A DNA stretch of 64,000 bases from assembly GCA_002363735.1 (NCBI GenBank), contig DEWP01000017.1, forward strand, positions 63,393 through 127,392. Reading direction: 5' to 3'. Position numbers and translations under genes: made by a program. Shown piece by piece: positions 19,717-29,393 of this stretch. The notes beneath the pieces were generated by a model, which saw nothing but the letters and a program-made list of their open reading frames with translations, was not told the origin of the DNA and did no database searches. Each line of letters begins with the position of its first letter. Within the stretch, counting starts at the first letter, position 1. Source of the DNA: Bacillales bacterium UBA3207 (GTDB lineage: Bacteria > Bacillota_I > Bacilli_A > RFN20 > CAG-826).

Positions 19717-20843
19717 TAATCTATTCTTTGATCATCTCGATATACTTCATCAATTGTTCCAGACGCAATCAGAAGTCCTTCATCATTATAAAAGACTGCT
19801 TCTTGTCCGGGAGTAACTGCTTTATAGTAATCGTAAGTACAAATGATTTTGTCTCCCTCTAAATCAATTGTTGCTTTGTGATCTGGCTGACGATAGCGGA
19901 ATTTTGCACCGACAACTTGTGGGAATTTTTCATTTTGATTAATTAAATTAAGTTTTGTGACGACACATTTATTTGACATAAGATACTTTTGAGTATCTCC
20001 TCTAGTCACATAAAGAATATTCTTTTTAGCATCTTTTTTCACAATGAACCAGCCTGTGGCAGTTTCACCAGAAATTCCACCAATTCCGAGTCCTTTATGT
20101 TGGCCAATCGTGTAGTAATAAACTCCTCGATGTTTGCCAATCACCTTGTTTGTATCAATATCGACAATATTTCCTTCTTGAGCAGGAATATAATTCTTTA
20201 AGAATTCGCGGAAATTTCTTTCTCCGATAAAACACACTCCGGTCGAATCTTTCTTGTCCATCACCGAGTCTAAACCAATTTCATGGGCGATTCGACGAAC
20301 TTCTGTTTTATCAATATTTCCTAAAGGAAATAAACATGAACGAATTTGTTCTTCGTTAATTTGAGAAAGGAAATATGTTTGGTCTTTATTTGTATCAGCA
20401 CATTTCTTTAAATAGAAATGTCCATCTTTTTCTTCTCTAGAAGCATAGTGGCCCATCGCAATCATGTCACAACCATTCTTCTTAGCGAAATTTAAGAATG
20501 CGTCAAATTTAATGTATTTATTACATAAAATATCTGGGTTTGGAGTTCTTCCATGTTCATATTCTTCAATGAAGAAAGAGAAAACGTGATCCCAATATTC
20601 TTTAATAAAATCGACACGAAGAAGTGGTAAACCAAGTTTTTGAGCAACTTTTTGAGCGTCTTGATAATCTTTCTCTTGTGGGCATTGATCATCATTAATC
20701 GTTGGATTGCCTAAATAATCTCCGTTAGCCATCGCATCCCAGTTACGCATAAAGCAGCAAATAACTTCATAACCTTCTTTTTTAAGAAGGTATGCTGCGA
20801 CTGCGGAGTCAACTCCACCACTTAATCCAAGCATTACTTTCAT
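19716..20843 (-). CDS. mnmA: tRNA-specific 2-thiouridylase MnmA
   Basis: PP-loop GLSGGVDS and conserved catalytic Cys residues. Confidence 0.95.
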   Translation of the reverse strand: MKVMLGLSGGVDSAVAAYLLKKEGYEVICCFMRNWDAMANGDYLGNPTINDDQCPQEKDYQDAQKVAQKLGLPLLRVDFIKEYWDHVFSFFIEEYEHGRTPNPDILCNKYIKFDAFLNFAKKNGCDMIAMGHYASREEKDGHFYLKKCADTNKDQTYFLSQINEEQIRSCLFPLGNIDKTEVRRIAHEIGLDSVMDKKDSTGVCFIGERNFREFLKNYIPAQEGNIVDIDTNKVIGKHRGVYYYTIGQHKGLGIGGISGETATGWFIVKKDAKKNILYVTRGDTQKYLMSNKCVVTKLNLINQNEKFPQVVGAKFRYRQPDHKATIDLEGDKIICTYDYYKAVTPGQEAVFYNDEGLLIASGTIDEVYRDDQRID

Positions 20844-21293
20844 TTAAAAAAGCTCCTTTGAATCAAGGATAGTAGTAAACGGACCATCATTCACTAAATC
20901 AATTTTCATCATGGCACCAAAAATTCCCGTTTCCACATGATAACCGGAATTTTTTAAGCATTGATTGAAATAATCATAAAGTTCACTTGCTCTTTTTGGT
21001 TCTAGTGCATTAACAAAACTTGGGCGTCTTCCGTCTTTAACTGAAGCATATAAAGTAAACTGCGAAATGGAAAGGATTTCTCCATTAATATCTTTCAAAG
21101 AAAGATTTGCCTTTCCATTATCATCATCAAATAAACGTAAAGAAAGTAGTTTATTCGTCATTTTTTCAACAATTTCTTCATTGTCTCCGTGGGTAAAACC
21201 GACGAATAGACAAAAACCGCGGGAAATATTTCCCACGATTTTTTGATTAACCTCGCATGAGGCTCTTGTTACATTTTGAACAACAATTCTCAT
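20844..21293 (-). CDS. dtd: D-aminoacyl-tRNA deacylase
   Basis: 149 aa with a SQFTL motif. Confidence 0.9.
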   Translation of the reverse strand: MRIVVQNVTRASCEVNQKIVGNISRGFCLFVGFTHGDNEEIVEKMTNKLLSLRLFDDDNGKANLSLKDINGEILSISQFTLYASVKDGRRPSFVNALEPKRASELYDYFNQCLKNSGYHVETGIFGAMMKIDLVNDGPFTTILDSKELF

Positions 21294-21295
21294 CC

Positions 21296-22597
21296 TTAGC
21301 GAATATAATCATGAACTGTTGGAGGAACTTCGACAAATTCATCAACAATATGAAAGGCATCTTCAATATCTTTGAGGATTTGAGCATGATCTTCAACATT
21401 AGTGTGCACTGTGCAAAGCACATCACCTTTTGAAACCTTATCGCCAACTTTCTTACTTAAGACAATACCAGCAGACATATCAATGACATCATCAAATGTC
21501 TCTCTACCGGCACCTAAGCGCATAGCGCTTTCGCCAATTTCGAGGGCGACAATACGTTTAATATAACCGTCTTTTGAAGCTTTAACTTCAATAACGTATT
21601 TAGATTCTGGGAATTTTTCTGGATGGTCGATATAACTAACGTCACCACCTTGAGCAATAACCATTTGACGGAATTTTTCAAAGGCACTACCATCAGCGAT
21701 GACTTTTTTAAGCATTTCCATGGCTTCTTCTTCGTTTTTAGCAATCTTTGCTTGTTCAAGCATAATTGCTCCAGAACGTAAACAAAGCTCAGTAAAGTCT
21801 TTTGGTCCATCTCCATGAAGTGTTGCGATAGCTTCTTTAACTTCTAAGGCGTTACCAACGGCATAACCTAAAGGTTGTTCCATATCAGTTAAGACAGCGC
21901 GTGTGTCTCGACCAAGGGCATTACCAATCTTGCACATAACTGTGGCAAGTTCTTTTGCGGCTTCAATATTCTTCATGAATGCGCCGTTACCGAATTTAAC
22001 ATCAAGAAGGATGCAATCGGAACCGCTTGCAAGCTTTTTAGACATGACAGAGGAAGCAATTAAAGGCATTGATTCAACTGTGCCAGTCACATCACGAAGA
22101 GCATATAATTTTTTATCAGCTGGAACGAGTTGCCCGGTTTGACCAACAACAGCGCAGCCAATTTCGTTAACTTGTTTTCTAAATTGTTCGTCAGAGACGA
22201 AAACATTCATTCCTGGAATTGATTCGAGTTTATCAAGAGTTCCGCCAGTATGACCAAGTCCACGTCCACTCATCTTGGCTAAGATCGCACCACAAGCGGC
22301 AACCATTGGCCCAAGAGCAAGAGTTGTTTTATCACCAACTCCACCTGTGGAGTGTTTATCAACTTTCACACCTTTAATGGAAGATAAATCCATGACGTCA
22401 CCACTATGTTCCATACGGTCAGTTAAGGTGACGATTTCACGGTTTGTCATTCCTTTAAAGACAATTGCCATTAAAAGAGCGGATACTTGATAATCTGGAA
22501 TTCTTCCAGCAACATAACCATCAACAAAAAATGTGATTTCTTGGTCGGTTAATTCACCGCCATCACGTTTTTTAGTAATAATATCTACCATTCTCAT
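21296..22597 (-). CDS. pdp: Pyrimidine-nucleoside phosphorylase
   Basis: 433 aa with a typical Pdp/DeoA N-terminus (DIITKKRDGGELTDQEI) and glycosyltransferase family 3 fold. Confidence 0.9.
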   Translation of the reverse strand: MRMVDIITKKRDGGELTDQEITFFVDGYVAGRIPDYQVSALLMAIVFKGMTNREIVTLTDRMEHSGDVMDLSSIKGVKVDKHSTGGVGDKTTLALGPMVAACGAILAKMSGRGLGHTGGTLDKLESIPGMNVFVSDEQFRKQVNEIGCAVVGQTGQLVPADKKLYALRDVTGTVESMPLIASSVMSKKLASGSDCILLDVKFGNGAFMKNIEAAKELATVMCKIGNALGRDTRAVLTDMEQPLGYAVGNALEVKEAIATLHGDGPKDFTELCLRSGAIMLEQAKIAKNEEEAMEMLKKVIADGSAFEKFRQMVIAQGGDVSYIDHPEKFPESKYVIEVKASKDGYIKRIVALEIGESAMRLGAGRETFDDVIDMSAGIVLSKKVGDKVSKGDVLCTVHTNVEDHAQILKDIEDAFHIVDEFVEVPPTVHDYIR

Positions 22598-22633
22598 AAA
22601 AATAAAACCTCATTATAATCATACCAAAAGAGT

Positions 22634-23974
22634 ATGAATTATAAAACACAATTTAAAAAACTCGAAATCAAAGATGATTTATTTAATAATAAAGATATGG
22701 ATTTTGCAAAGCATCTTGAAAAATACCTCACTAAAGAACAAATTAATGAACTTATTTTATCTTTTGATAAAAAAGAACATAAAGGTGTCTATTTAAACAC
22801 GAAGAAAATGAGTGATGAAACATTTGTCTCATTGTTTCCAGATGTTCAGAAACATCCTTCGGTTGAACACGCCTATTTGTATGACCAAGATGAATACGAT
22901 TTAGGAAAAAAGGTTTATCACGAGCAAGGTGCTTATTATGTTCAAGATCCAAGCGCTGCTATTGTAGCTTCTTTACTTCCATTAAATGGAAATGAAAGAG
23001 TTCTTGATTTATGTGCTGCGCCTGGAGGAAAAACAACACAAGCCTCTTTAAGACTTAATAAAAACGGAATAATCGTGGCAAATGATTTATCAAAACAAAG
23101 AGCGATTACATTATTACAAAATGTTGAAAGAATGGGACTTGATAACGTTGTTGTTACTTCATTAGATTTTTCGAAAATCTCCAATAAATATCAAAATTAT
23201 TTTGATGCAATTATTTTAGATGCGCCTTGTAGCGGTTCTGGAATGTTTCGTAAAAACGACTTAATGAAACAAGACTGGACTTACGAAAAAGTTTTGAAAT
23301 ATTCAAGCATTCAAAAAGAACTTATTTTAATGGCGTTTTCAATGCTTAAAGAAGGTGGAACTTTAGTTTATTCCACTTGTTCATATTCGCATGAAGAGGA
23401 TGAAGAAGTTATTGAATTTTTGCTTGAAAAAACACCAGCAAAACTCCAACAAATTCCAGAAATCACCGGCAATTTGCGGTCAAAAAAATATCCGGAAACT
23501 ATTCACTTATTGCCTTCATTATTTCCTGGAGAAGGTCATTACATTGCTCTAATTAAAAAAGATGGTAAATTAAGCGAGAACCGCGTTGAAGAAAGACAAG
23601 TTATCCGCCAAGTAAAATCTAAAGGAAACGCTAAAGAAAGCGAAGTTTATTTACTGAAAAATAATTTAGATGAAAACTTAATTAATTTATCTTTAAGACC
23701 TGGGTTATTTTTAAAAACAATTATCAATAAAAAAGAAATTCCATCACACCACTATTCTCATGCAATAGATTCAAGAAGTTCTATCTCTTTAAATAAAGAA
23801 GAAGTTATTTCATATTTAGCTGGAAATCAAATAAGAAAAAATAGCCCTGATGGCTATTATTCTGTTTCATATATGGGAATGAATCTTGGTTTAGTTCATT
23901 CTGTTAATGGCATTTTAAAGAATTTATATCCAAAAGGATTAAGAATTAGCGCCAAGATCGACCATAGTTTCTAA
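22634..23974 (+). CDS. NOL1/NOP2/Sun-family rRNA cytosine-C5 methyltransferase (RsmF/RsmB-like)
   Basis: SAM-binding motifs DLCAAPGGKT and DAPCSGSGMFRK with a C-terminal PUA-like extension. It contains motif copy D at 23462-23482. Confidence 0.8.
   Translation: MNYKTQFKKLEIKDDLFNNKDMDFAKHLEKYLTKEQINELILSFDKKEHKGVYLNTKKMSDETFVSLFPDVQKHPSVEHAYLYDQDEYDLGKKVYHEQGAYYVQDPSAAIVASLLPLNGNERVLDLCAAPGGKTTQASLRLNKNGIIVANDLSKQRAITLLQNVERMGLDNVVVTSLDFSKISNKYQNYFDAIILDAPCSGSGMFRKNDLMKQDWTYEKVLKYSSIQKELILMAFSMLKEGGTLVYSTCSYSHEEDEEVIEFLLEKTPAKLQQIPEITGNLRSKKYPETIHLLPSLFPGEGHYIALIKKDGKLSENRVEERQVIRQVKSKGNAKESEVYLLKNNLDENLINLSLRPGLFLKTIINKKEIPSHHYSHAIDSRSSISLNKEEVISYLAGNQIRKNSPDGYYSVSYMGMNLGLVHSVNGILKNLYPKGLRISAKIDHSF
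23462..23482 (+). repeat. Copy D of the quasi-palindromic 21-mer (ATCACCGGCAATTTGCGGTCA)
   Basis: 18/21 identical to copy A, with the GCAATTTGCGGT 12-mer shared. Inside the rsmF-like CDS. Confidence 0.5.
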
Positions 23975-24760
23975 AGCTTTACGTCGAACTGAACCTTTAC
24001 CATTATAAATATAAAGTTTATCTTTTTCTCTAAAGTCATTAACTTGTCCGTTCATTTTATCACGGATTTCTTTTGCTAAATCAATCGTTGTTTTATTTGC
24101 AAATTCTTCAGGTGTAATTGGTTCATTGATTTTCCAGAAGAAAGGATATTTCCTTAAACAAGAATTGAGTTTTAAAATTCTAAATGTTCCATACATTGTT
24201 GCTGGAACAATACTACAATTTGCCTTATAGGCAATTTTTAATGTTCCTGGGTGGAAATCAAGTAATTCACCTTCTGGTTTTTTATTACGAGTTCCTTCAA
24301 TGAAGATAACAACATGAGGTTTTGATTCATCTTTTAGATATTCACCAATTTGTTGAAGTGTGCGAACTTGGGAAAGAACGTTTTTGCGGTCAATTGTAAA
24401 TGCTTGGAGCATCTTTAAAATTTGACCAACAAATGGCATTTTTAAGTTTTCTTTCTTTGATAAGAAAGTTATTGGTCTTTCGCTACTAGCAATCAGCATG
24501 ACTGGATCCATTAAACTATAATGGTTAGAAATAATTAAATAAGGTTTTTTAGCATCTTTTAAGATGTCATAACCTTCTTTTTGAATATCAATATGAAAGC
24601 GACGCAAGACAAAAAGGATTTCCTTTCGAACCATTGTGTATCTTTTTTCAAAAGAATATTTTTCTGGATGACGAGTATATTTTAAATAGCGGAAAAAATT
24701 ATAAATAATTGCTGGTCCGCACATGAAGATGATTTTTAAATAAATAAAAAACTTTCTCAT
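23939..24760 (-). CDS. plsC: 1-acyl-sn-glycerol-3-phosphate acyltransferase
   Basis: HX4D motif (NHYSLMD) and an N-terminal TM segment. Confidence 0.8.
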   Translation of the reverse strand: MRKFFIYLKIIFMCGPAIIYNFFRYLKYTRHPEKYSFEKRYTMVRKEILFVLRRFHIDIQKEGYDILKDAKKPYLIISNHYSLMDPVMLIASSERPITFLSKKENLKMPFVGQILKMLQAFTIDRKNVLSQVRTLQQIGEYLKDESKPHVVIFIEGTRNKKPEGELLDFHPGTLKIAYKANCSIVPATMYGTFRILKLNSCLRKYPFFWKINEPITPEEFANKTTIDLAKEIRDKMNGQVNDFREKDKLYIYNGKGSVRRKALETMVDLGANS

Positions 24761-24770
24761 AACTATAATT

Positions 24771-26849
24771 CTAATCCTTTAATAAATAAGTACAACGGAA
24801 AGGTGATAAATAAATCGTTTCTTCTGGGCTAGTGTTATTCATTAATGAATAATTATAGAATCCATCATGATTTTCTAAAGCAATTTGTCGTGGAGTAATA
24901 TTAAAACAATATCGATATTTTCTTTCTCCAAACCATGTCGCGACTAGTACACCACTTGAAATTGAATCGAACGAAACATTATTCAAATCAAGATTATCTA
25001 AGAAATCAGCGTGTTGGCGAGCTAAAACATAATGTCTAAATGATTGCGCCATGTCGTAACGCTTGTCTAAGATAACCCAATCCATTTGATTATAATAATC
25101 ACCTAAATTATAAGTGTTTCTTTGTCCGTGCTTAGTCAATCCAATTTCTTGGCCCATATGAATAAATGGAATACCAATCGAACACATAATAACTTTATTA
25201 AAAAGTTTAACTATTCTTAACACATCTAAATCGTCAGTTGATTCATTGATAACATCAAACAAAGTTGCGTTATCATGACATTCAACATAATTTATTGATT
25301 GTGTTGGGTCATCAAAAAGTTTTGGATATACAAGACTTTGTGAAGATCCTAAATAAGCAAATTTAAATCCATCTTGATAAGATATGTTTCCTAAAAGAAA
25401 ACCATTCTCATCAAGTTTTGCATGGCTTCCATGACCTCGTAAAATATCGCGATATGTGTCATTAAAAAACGAAACATCCAGCAATTCATGGCTATTTTTC
25501 ATTGTGGCAAACTTATCATTATAGAATCCAGTGGCATTCATATCCCATCCTTCTCCATAAATTAATGCTTCTTTTTTATTAGACAAAACAAGCTGGCTCA
25601 CTTGTTTCATTGTCTCTAAATCAATTAGACCCATTAAATCAAAACGGAATCCATCGACGTCATAAACATTCATTAAGAAATCGATCGATTCTTTGATTAA
25701 TCGTCGTGCCATTTTTCTTTCACTAGCAAAATCACATCCGCACCACGAATGGTTTGCTAATTTGGAATTTTCTTCTCTAAAAAAGTAATGTGGAGTGATT
25801 AAATGAAGATTAATCTTTTCACCTTCATACATGTGGTTATAAACCACATCAAGATTAACTCTGATACCATTTTTATGAAACGCATCAACAAGAGCTCGAA
25901 ATTCTTTCATTCGAGAAAATGGATCATTTGGATTTAATGAATAACTACCTTCAAGAGCAAAGAATGAAACCGGATCATAACCCCAGTTATAACCTTCATC
26001 AAGTTCATCGACAGAACCAAAATCTAGTACTGGGAGTAACTGAACATGACTTACATGAAGTAATTTTAAATAGTCTAATCCAGTTTCATGATTCTTTAAT
26101 GTTTTTCGATTTTCCTCGGTTAAACCTAAATATTTTCCTTTATTTTCAATATTTGTTGAGTTTTGAATAGTGAAATCACGAACGTGTAATTCGTAAATTG
26201 TACTTTTTAATTTGGAATATGTTTTTGTAACTGGAATATTTTTAAATGAACTAACCAAACGTTTGATGTTAATCACGCATGATTCTTTTGCATTCGCGTT
26301 TGTGGATTTTGCATATGGATCGGTGACAATTTGTTTTTTTCCATTCACCACCACTTCATAATGATATAAAGTCCCATCTAAGTCGCCATCAATTGTGGTT
26401 TCGTAAACACCTCTATCTAAGCGGTTTAAAGTAACTTTTTGATTATTAATAATCAATACAACGCTTGTAGCAAATGGAGCCCATAAACGAAAAATAGTTT
26501 TGTTTTCATCACAAATTGGACCAAGCTCAATATCGGTTGCATAGATTTCATCAAAGTTTTGAAGTAATGCCAGTTTTGTTACATCAACAACTTCTTCATG
26601 TTGATCATCTTTTAAAATGATTTCTTTCCCTAAAAGTTCATCATTTCCAGTAATTTCGTAAAAAGAATAGCGGTCAGTCTGGTTTTTTAAGATTAATTCT
26701 CTTGGTTCATCATTGATAAAAAGAGAAAAACCATTTAACAAATGGTTCTCCACACATAATTCATGATAACTACTTAAATAACTATTCATTAACTTCTGTA
26801 TCGACGTTGTATTCTTCGTTTGAATCTTCTTCAGCTGAAGGTTCATCAT
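24771..26849 (-). CDS. GH13 pullulanase-type debranching enzyme, cytoplasmic (no signal peptide)
   Basis: An N-terminal CBM48-like region is followed by the GH13 catalytic core (GFRFDLMG, GEGWD, YVECHDN). The start probably sits at an internal Met (~26789), which removes the overlap with ftsK. Confidence 0.8.
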   Translation of the reverse strand: MMNLQLKKIQTKNTTSIQKLMNSYLSSYHELCVENHLLNGFSLFINDEPRELILKNQTDRYSFYEITGNDELLGKEIILKDDQHEEVVDVTKLALLQNFDEIYATDIELGPICDENKTIFRLWAPFATSVVLIINNQKVTLNRLDRGVYETTIDGDLDGTLYHYEVVVNGKKQIVTDPYAKSTNANAKESCVINIKRLVSSFKNIPVTKTYSKLKSTIYELHVRDFTIQNSTNIENKGKYLGLTEENRKTLKNHETGLDYLKLLHVSHVQLLPVLDFGSVDELDEGYNWGYDPVSFFALEGSYSLNPNDPFSRMKEFRALVDAFHKNGIRVNLDVVYNHMYEGEKINLHLITPHYFFREENSKLANHSWCGCDFASERKMARRLIKESIDFLMNVYDVDGFRFDLMGLIDLETMKQVSQLVLSNKKEALIYGEGWDMNATGFYNDKFATMKNSHELLDVSFFNDTYRDILRGHGSHAKLDENGFLLGNISYQDGFKFAYLGSSQSLVYPKLFDDPTQSINYVECHDNATLFDVINESTDDLDVLRIVKLFNKVIMCSIGIPFIHMGQEIGLTKHGQRNTYNLGDYYNQMDWVILDKRYDMAQSFRHYVLARQHADFLDNLDLNNVSFDSISSGVLVATWFGERKYRYCFNITPRQIALENHDGFYNYSLMNNTSPEETIYLSPFRCTYLLKD

Positions 26850-29379
26850 TTTCTAATTGGGAATTTGGGATAAATTCAGATTGTTCAATCGAACCAATCT
26901 GTTCACTTGGAGCAAAGTTATGAACAAGAACTTTTGATCCACGAGCATCACCTTCACTGGCAACAAGACCTTCACGAACTAGTCGAGCAAAGAGTCTTCC
27001 AGCTTTCGGGAAACCAATTCCATAACTTCTTGTTAAGAAGGAAATTGAACAATATTCGCGTGAACTAATATCTTCTTTAATCACTTTATAAAGTTCTTCT
27101 TCTTGAATGTTTTTATCAACTTTAGTCACTTCAGGAGTGTCTCCTTTGGAGACGATGTTATCACCTTTATCTTGCTCATTTGGAGAATGTTCTAAATCAA
27201 GGAAGTATGGATCATATTGAGGTCCACTCTTACTGCGAAGGAAGTCACAGACTTGTTTAATTTCGGAACTTTCAACAAAGCAACCTTGAACACGAGGTTT
27301 TAATCCTCGTGAAATAAGAGAGCATTCGACAAGCATATCACCATTACCAAGAAGTTTTTCTGCGCCACCTTCGCCAATAATAACCGTCGAGTCTTGGAAT
27401 GATCCAACTGTTAAAGCAACGTGAGTTGGAATATTGGCCTTAATCACGCCATCAATAACATTGACACTTGGCCTTTGGGTAGCGATCACTAAGTGAATGC
27501 CGGCAGCACGGGCTTTTTGAGCAATACGAACAACTGGCTCACGAATTTCTTTACAAGCTTCGCTTAAATCGGCATATTCGTCGATAAATACGCAAATTAA
27601 TGGTAAAGGTTCAATACCTTCGCCCTTAGCATAATTATTAAATTCTCCGATATCACGGCAACCAGCAGCATCAATTAAGTTATAACGTCTCTCCATTTCC
27701 ACAACGAGTTTTTCAAAAGCAATATATGCTTTTTTTGGATCATTGATATTTGGACAAAGAAGATGCGGAATATCTTTATAGAAGCTCATTTCAACCTTTT
27801 TCGGGTCAATTAGCATTATTTTCAAATCTTCAGGAGAATTATGCATAATTAAAGTTAAAATCGTCGAGTGCATGAAGATTGATTTACCAGAACCAGTTGT
27901 ACCAGCAACTAACATATGTGGGAATTTTGTTAAATTGGCTGTCAATAAATCTCCGGTAATGTTTTTACCAAAAATAATATCCATTGGCTTACATGATTTT
28001 TCTTCCATCAATTTTAATGATTCAAATAAACCAACAGGTGTAGCCACTTCATTTTGAATTTCTAATCCTGAAGTTGTTTTGCCAATAACAATTGGTAAGA
28101 ATCTTACAGAAATTCCGCCTAGACGACTAGAAATATCATCAATATAACGGTTCATTGTTGAAGATGAAACGTTAGAATTCATCTTGATGTCATAACGAGT
28201 AAATGAAGGCCCGATTGTATAACCGACAACACTTGCTCCGATTTTTAAATCGGCAAAAATATCATTAATTAAAACTGTTCTAGCATCACACGATGCAACG
28301 TTTTTGGTTTTATCATCTTCAGACTCATGAGGTTTTAATAAATCTAGACCCGGATGTTCAAAAGGTGGGCGGATAACCTTTCTTGGTTGAGGACGATGAT
28401 ATGGATCAGTAAATTCTGGTACTTCTTGTTGTTGAACAACTGCACTTTCCTCTTTAATCGAATTTTCTACGACATTAGGCGTACTTAATTGAGTATTAAG
28501 AGGTTCAACATGATGATCATTTTGTTCAAGAATTGGTTCAACTTGTTCGTTATGAACAACAGGTTGAACTTCTTGATGAACTTCAACTTTTGGTGAGGCC
28601 ATCGTAAATGATGGCTTTTGAACAGGTTGTTGAACGTGATTTTCATCACTAAAATGGAATGTTGCACGTTGGAATCCGTGTGTTGAATTAAAGTTATTAG
28701 CAACTAAGTTACGAATTTCAGCTTGCGATAAAGTTTGTTTGCTTTCCGGAGTTGGAGCATTATGATGCTCAATTTCTTTCATTGAATAATCATCTTCACC
28801 AATTGTTTCAACAGTTTGATAACTTTCTTTATGGGATCTTTTATGACGAGCATTTTTAATCTTTTTGAATAGTAAGACGACTTGTTTATTTAAAATCATC
28901 ACGATTCCAGCAACAAAAGCAATCCAGCAAATAATGCTTGTTCCGATTGGAGTAATCGCATTATTTAAAACACCGGCTAAAACGTATCCAAAGAAACCAC
29001 CACCAATCCCAGGATTAGCAAATGGATCAAAAGGAGTATGTTCGTTTAATAAACGAACGGAGTTTGTAAATGTGATTTGTTCACTGTTTCCCCAGTTTGA
29101 TGTAATAATCATTAAAGATAAAACAACAACAAAGACACCCCATAAAGATAAACCGAGTTTAAATTTGATTAATCTCTTACGGAAAATAATGTATAAACCA
29201 AGAATAAATAAGAATGGAGTTAGAATCCAAAAGCCAATAAAGCCAAATGATGCACAAATAGCGATTGTTAAAAATTCGAATGGTGTTCCATGAGAAAATA
29301 AAATAATTAGTGCAAAAAGGCATAGCGCTATTCCGCTAAATAAAACGATTGTTGAATTTTTAACATTGAGCTTTTTCAT
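26782..29379 (-). CDS. ftsK: DNA translocase FtsK/SpoIIIE
   Basis: N-terminal TM helices, a Q/P-rich linker, motor-domain Walker A GTTGSGKS and a C-terminal winged-helix gamma domain. Confidence 0.9.
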   Translation of the reverse strand: MKKLNVKNSTIVLFSGIALCLFALIILFSHGTPFEFLTIAICASFGFIGFWILTPFLFILGLYIIFRKRLIKFKLGLSLWGVFVVVLSLMIITSNWGNSEQITFTNSVRLLNEHTPFDPFANPGIGGGFFGYVLAGVLNNAITPIGTSIICWIAFVAGIVMILNKQVVLLFKKIKNARHKRSHKESYQTVETIGEDDYSMKEIEHHNAPTPESKQTLSQAEIRNLVANNFNSTHGFQRATFHFSDENHVQQPVQKPSFTMASPKVEVHQEVQPVVHNEQVEPILEQNDHHVEPLNTQLSTPNVVENSIKEESAVVQQQEVPEFTDPYHRPQPRKVIRPPFEHPGLDLLKPHESEDDKTKNVASCDARTVLINDIFADLKIGASVVGYTIGPSFTRYDIKMNSNVSSSTMNRYIDDISSRLGGISVRFLPIVIGKTTSGLEIQNEVATPVGLFESLKLMEEKSCKPMDIIFGKNITGDLLTANLTKFPHMLVAGTTGSGKSIFMHSTILTLIMHNSPEDLKIMLIDPKKVEMSFYKDIPHLLCPNINDPKKAYIAFEKLVVEMERRYNLIDAAGCRDIGEFNNYAKGEGIEPLPLICVFIDEYADLSEACKEIREPVVRIAQKARAAGIHLVIATQRPSVNVIDGVIKANIPTHVALTVGSFQDSTVIIGEGGAEKLLGNGDMLVECSLISRGLKPRVQGCFVESSEIKQVCDFLRSKSGPQYDPYFLDLEHSPNEQDKGDNIVSKGDTPEVTKVDKNIQEEELYKVIKEDISSREYCSISFLTRSYGIGFPKAGRLFARLVREGLVASEGDARGSKVLVHNFAPSEQIGSIEQSEFIPNSQLENDEPSAEEDSNEEYNVDTEVNE

Positions 29380-29393
29380 TTTCTATATCAAAA

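Noticed and set aside
16323-21576. Exact 14-mer ataaccgtcttttg at 16323-16336 and 21563-21576
   Set aside because: Both copies lie inside unrelated CDSs. A single 14-mer pair is within chance expectation for 64 kb of AT-rich sequence, and no further shared context was seen.
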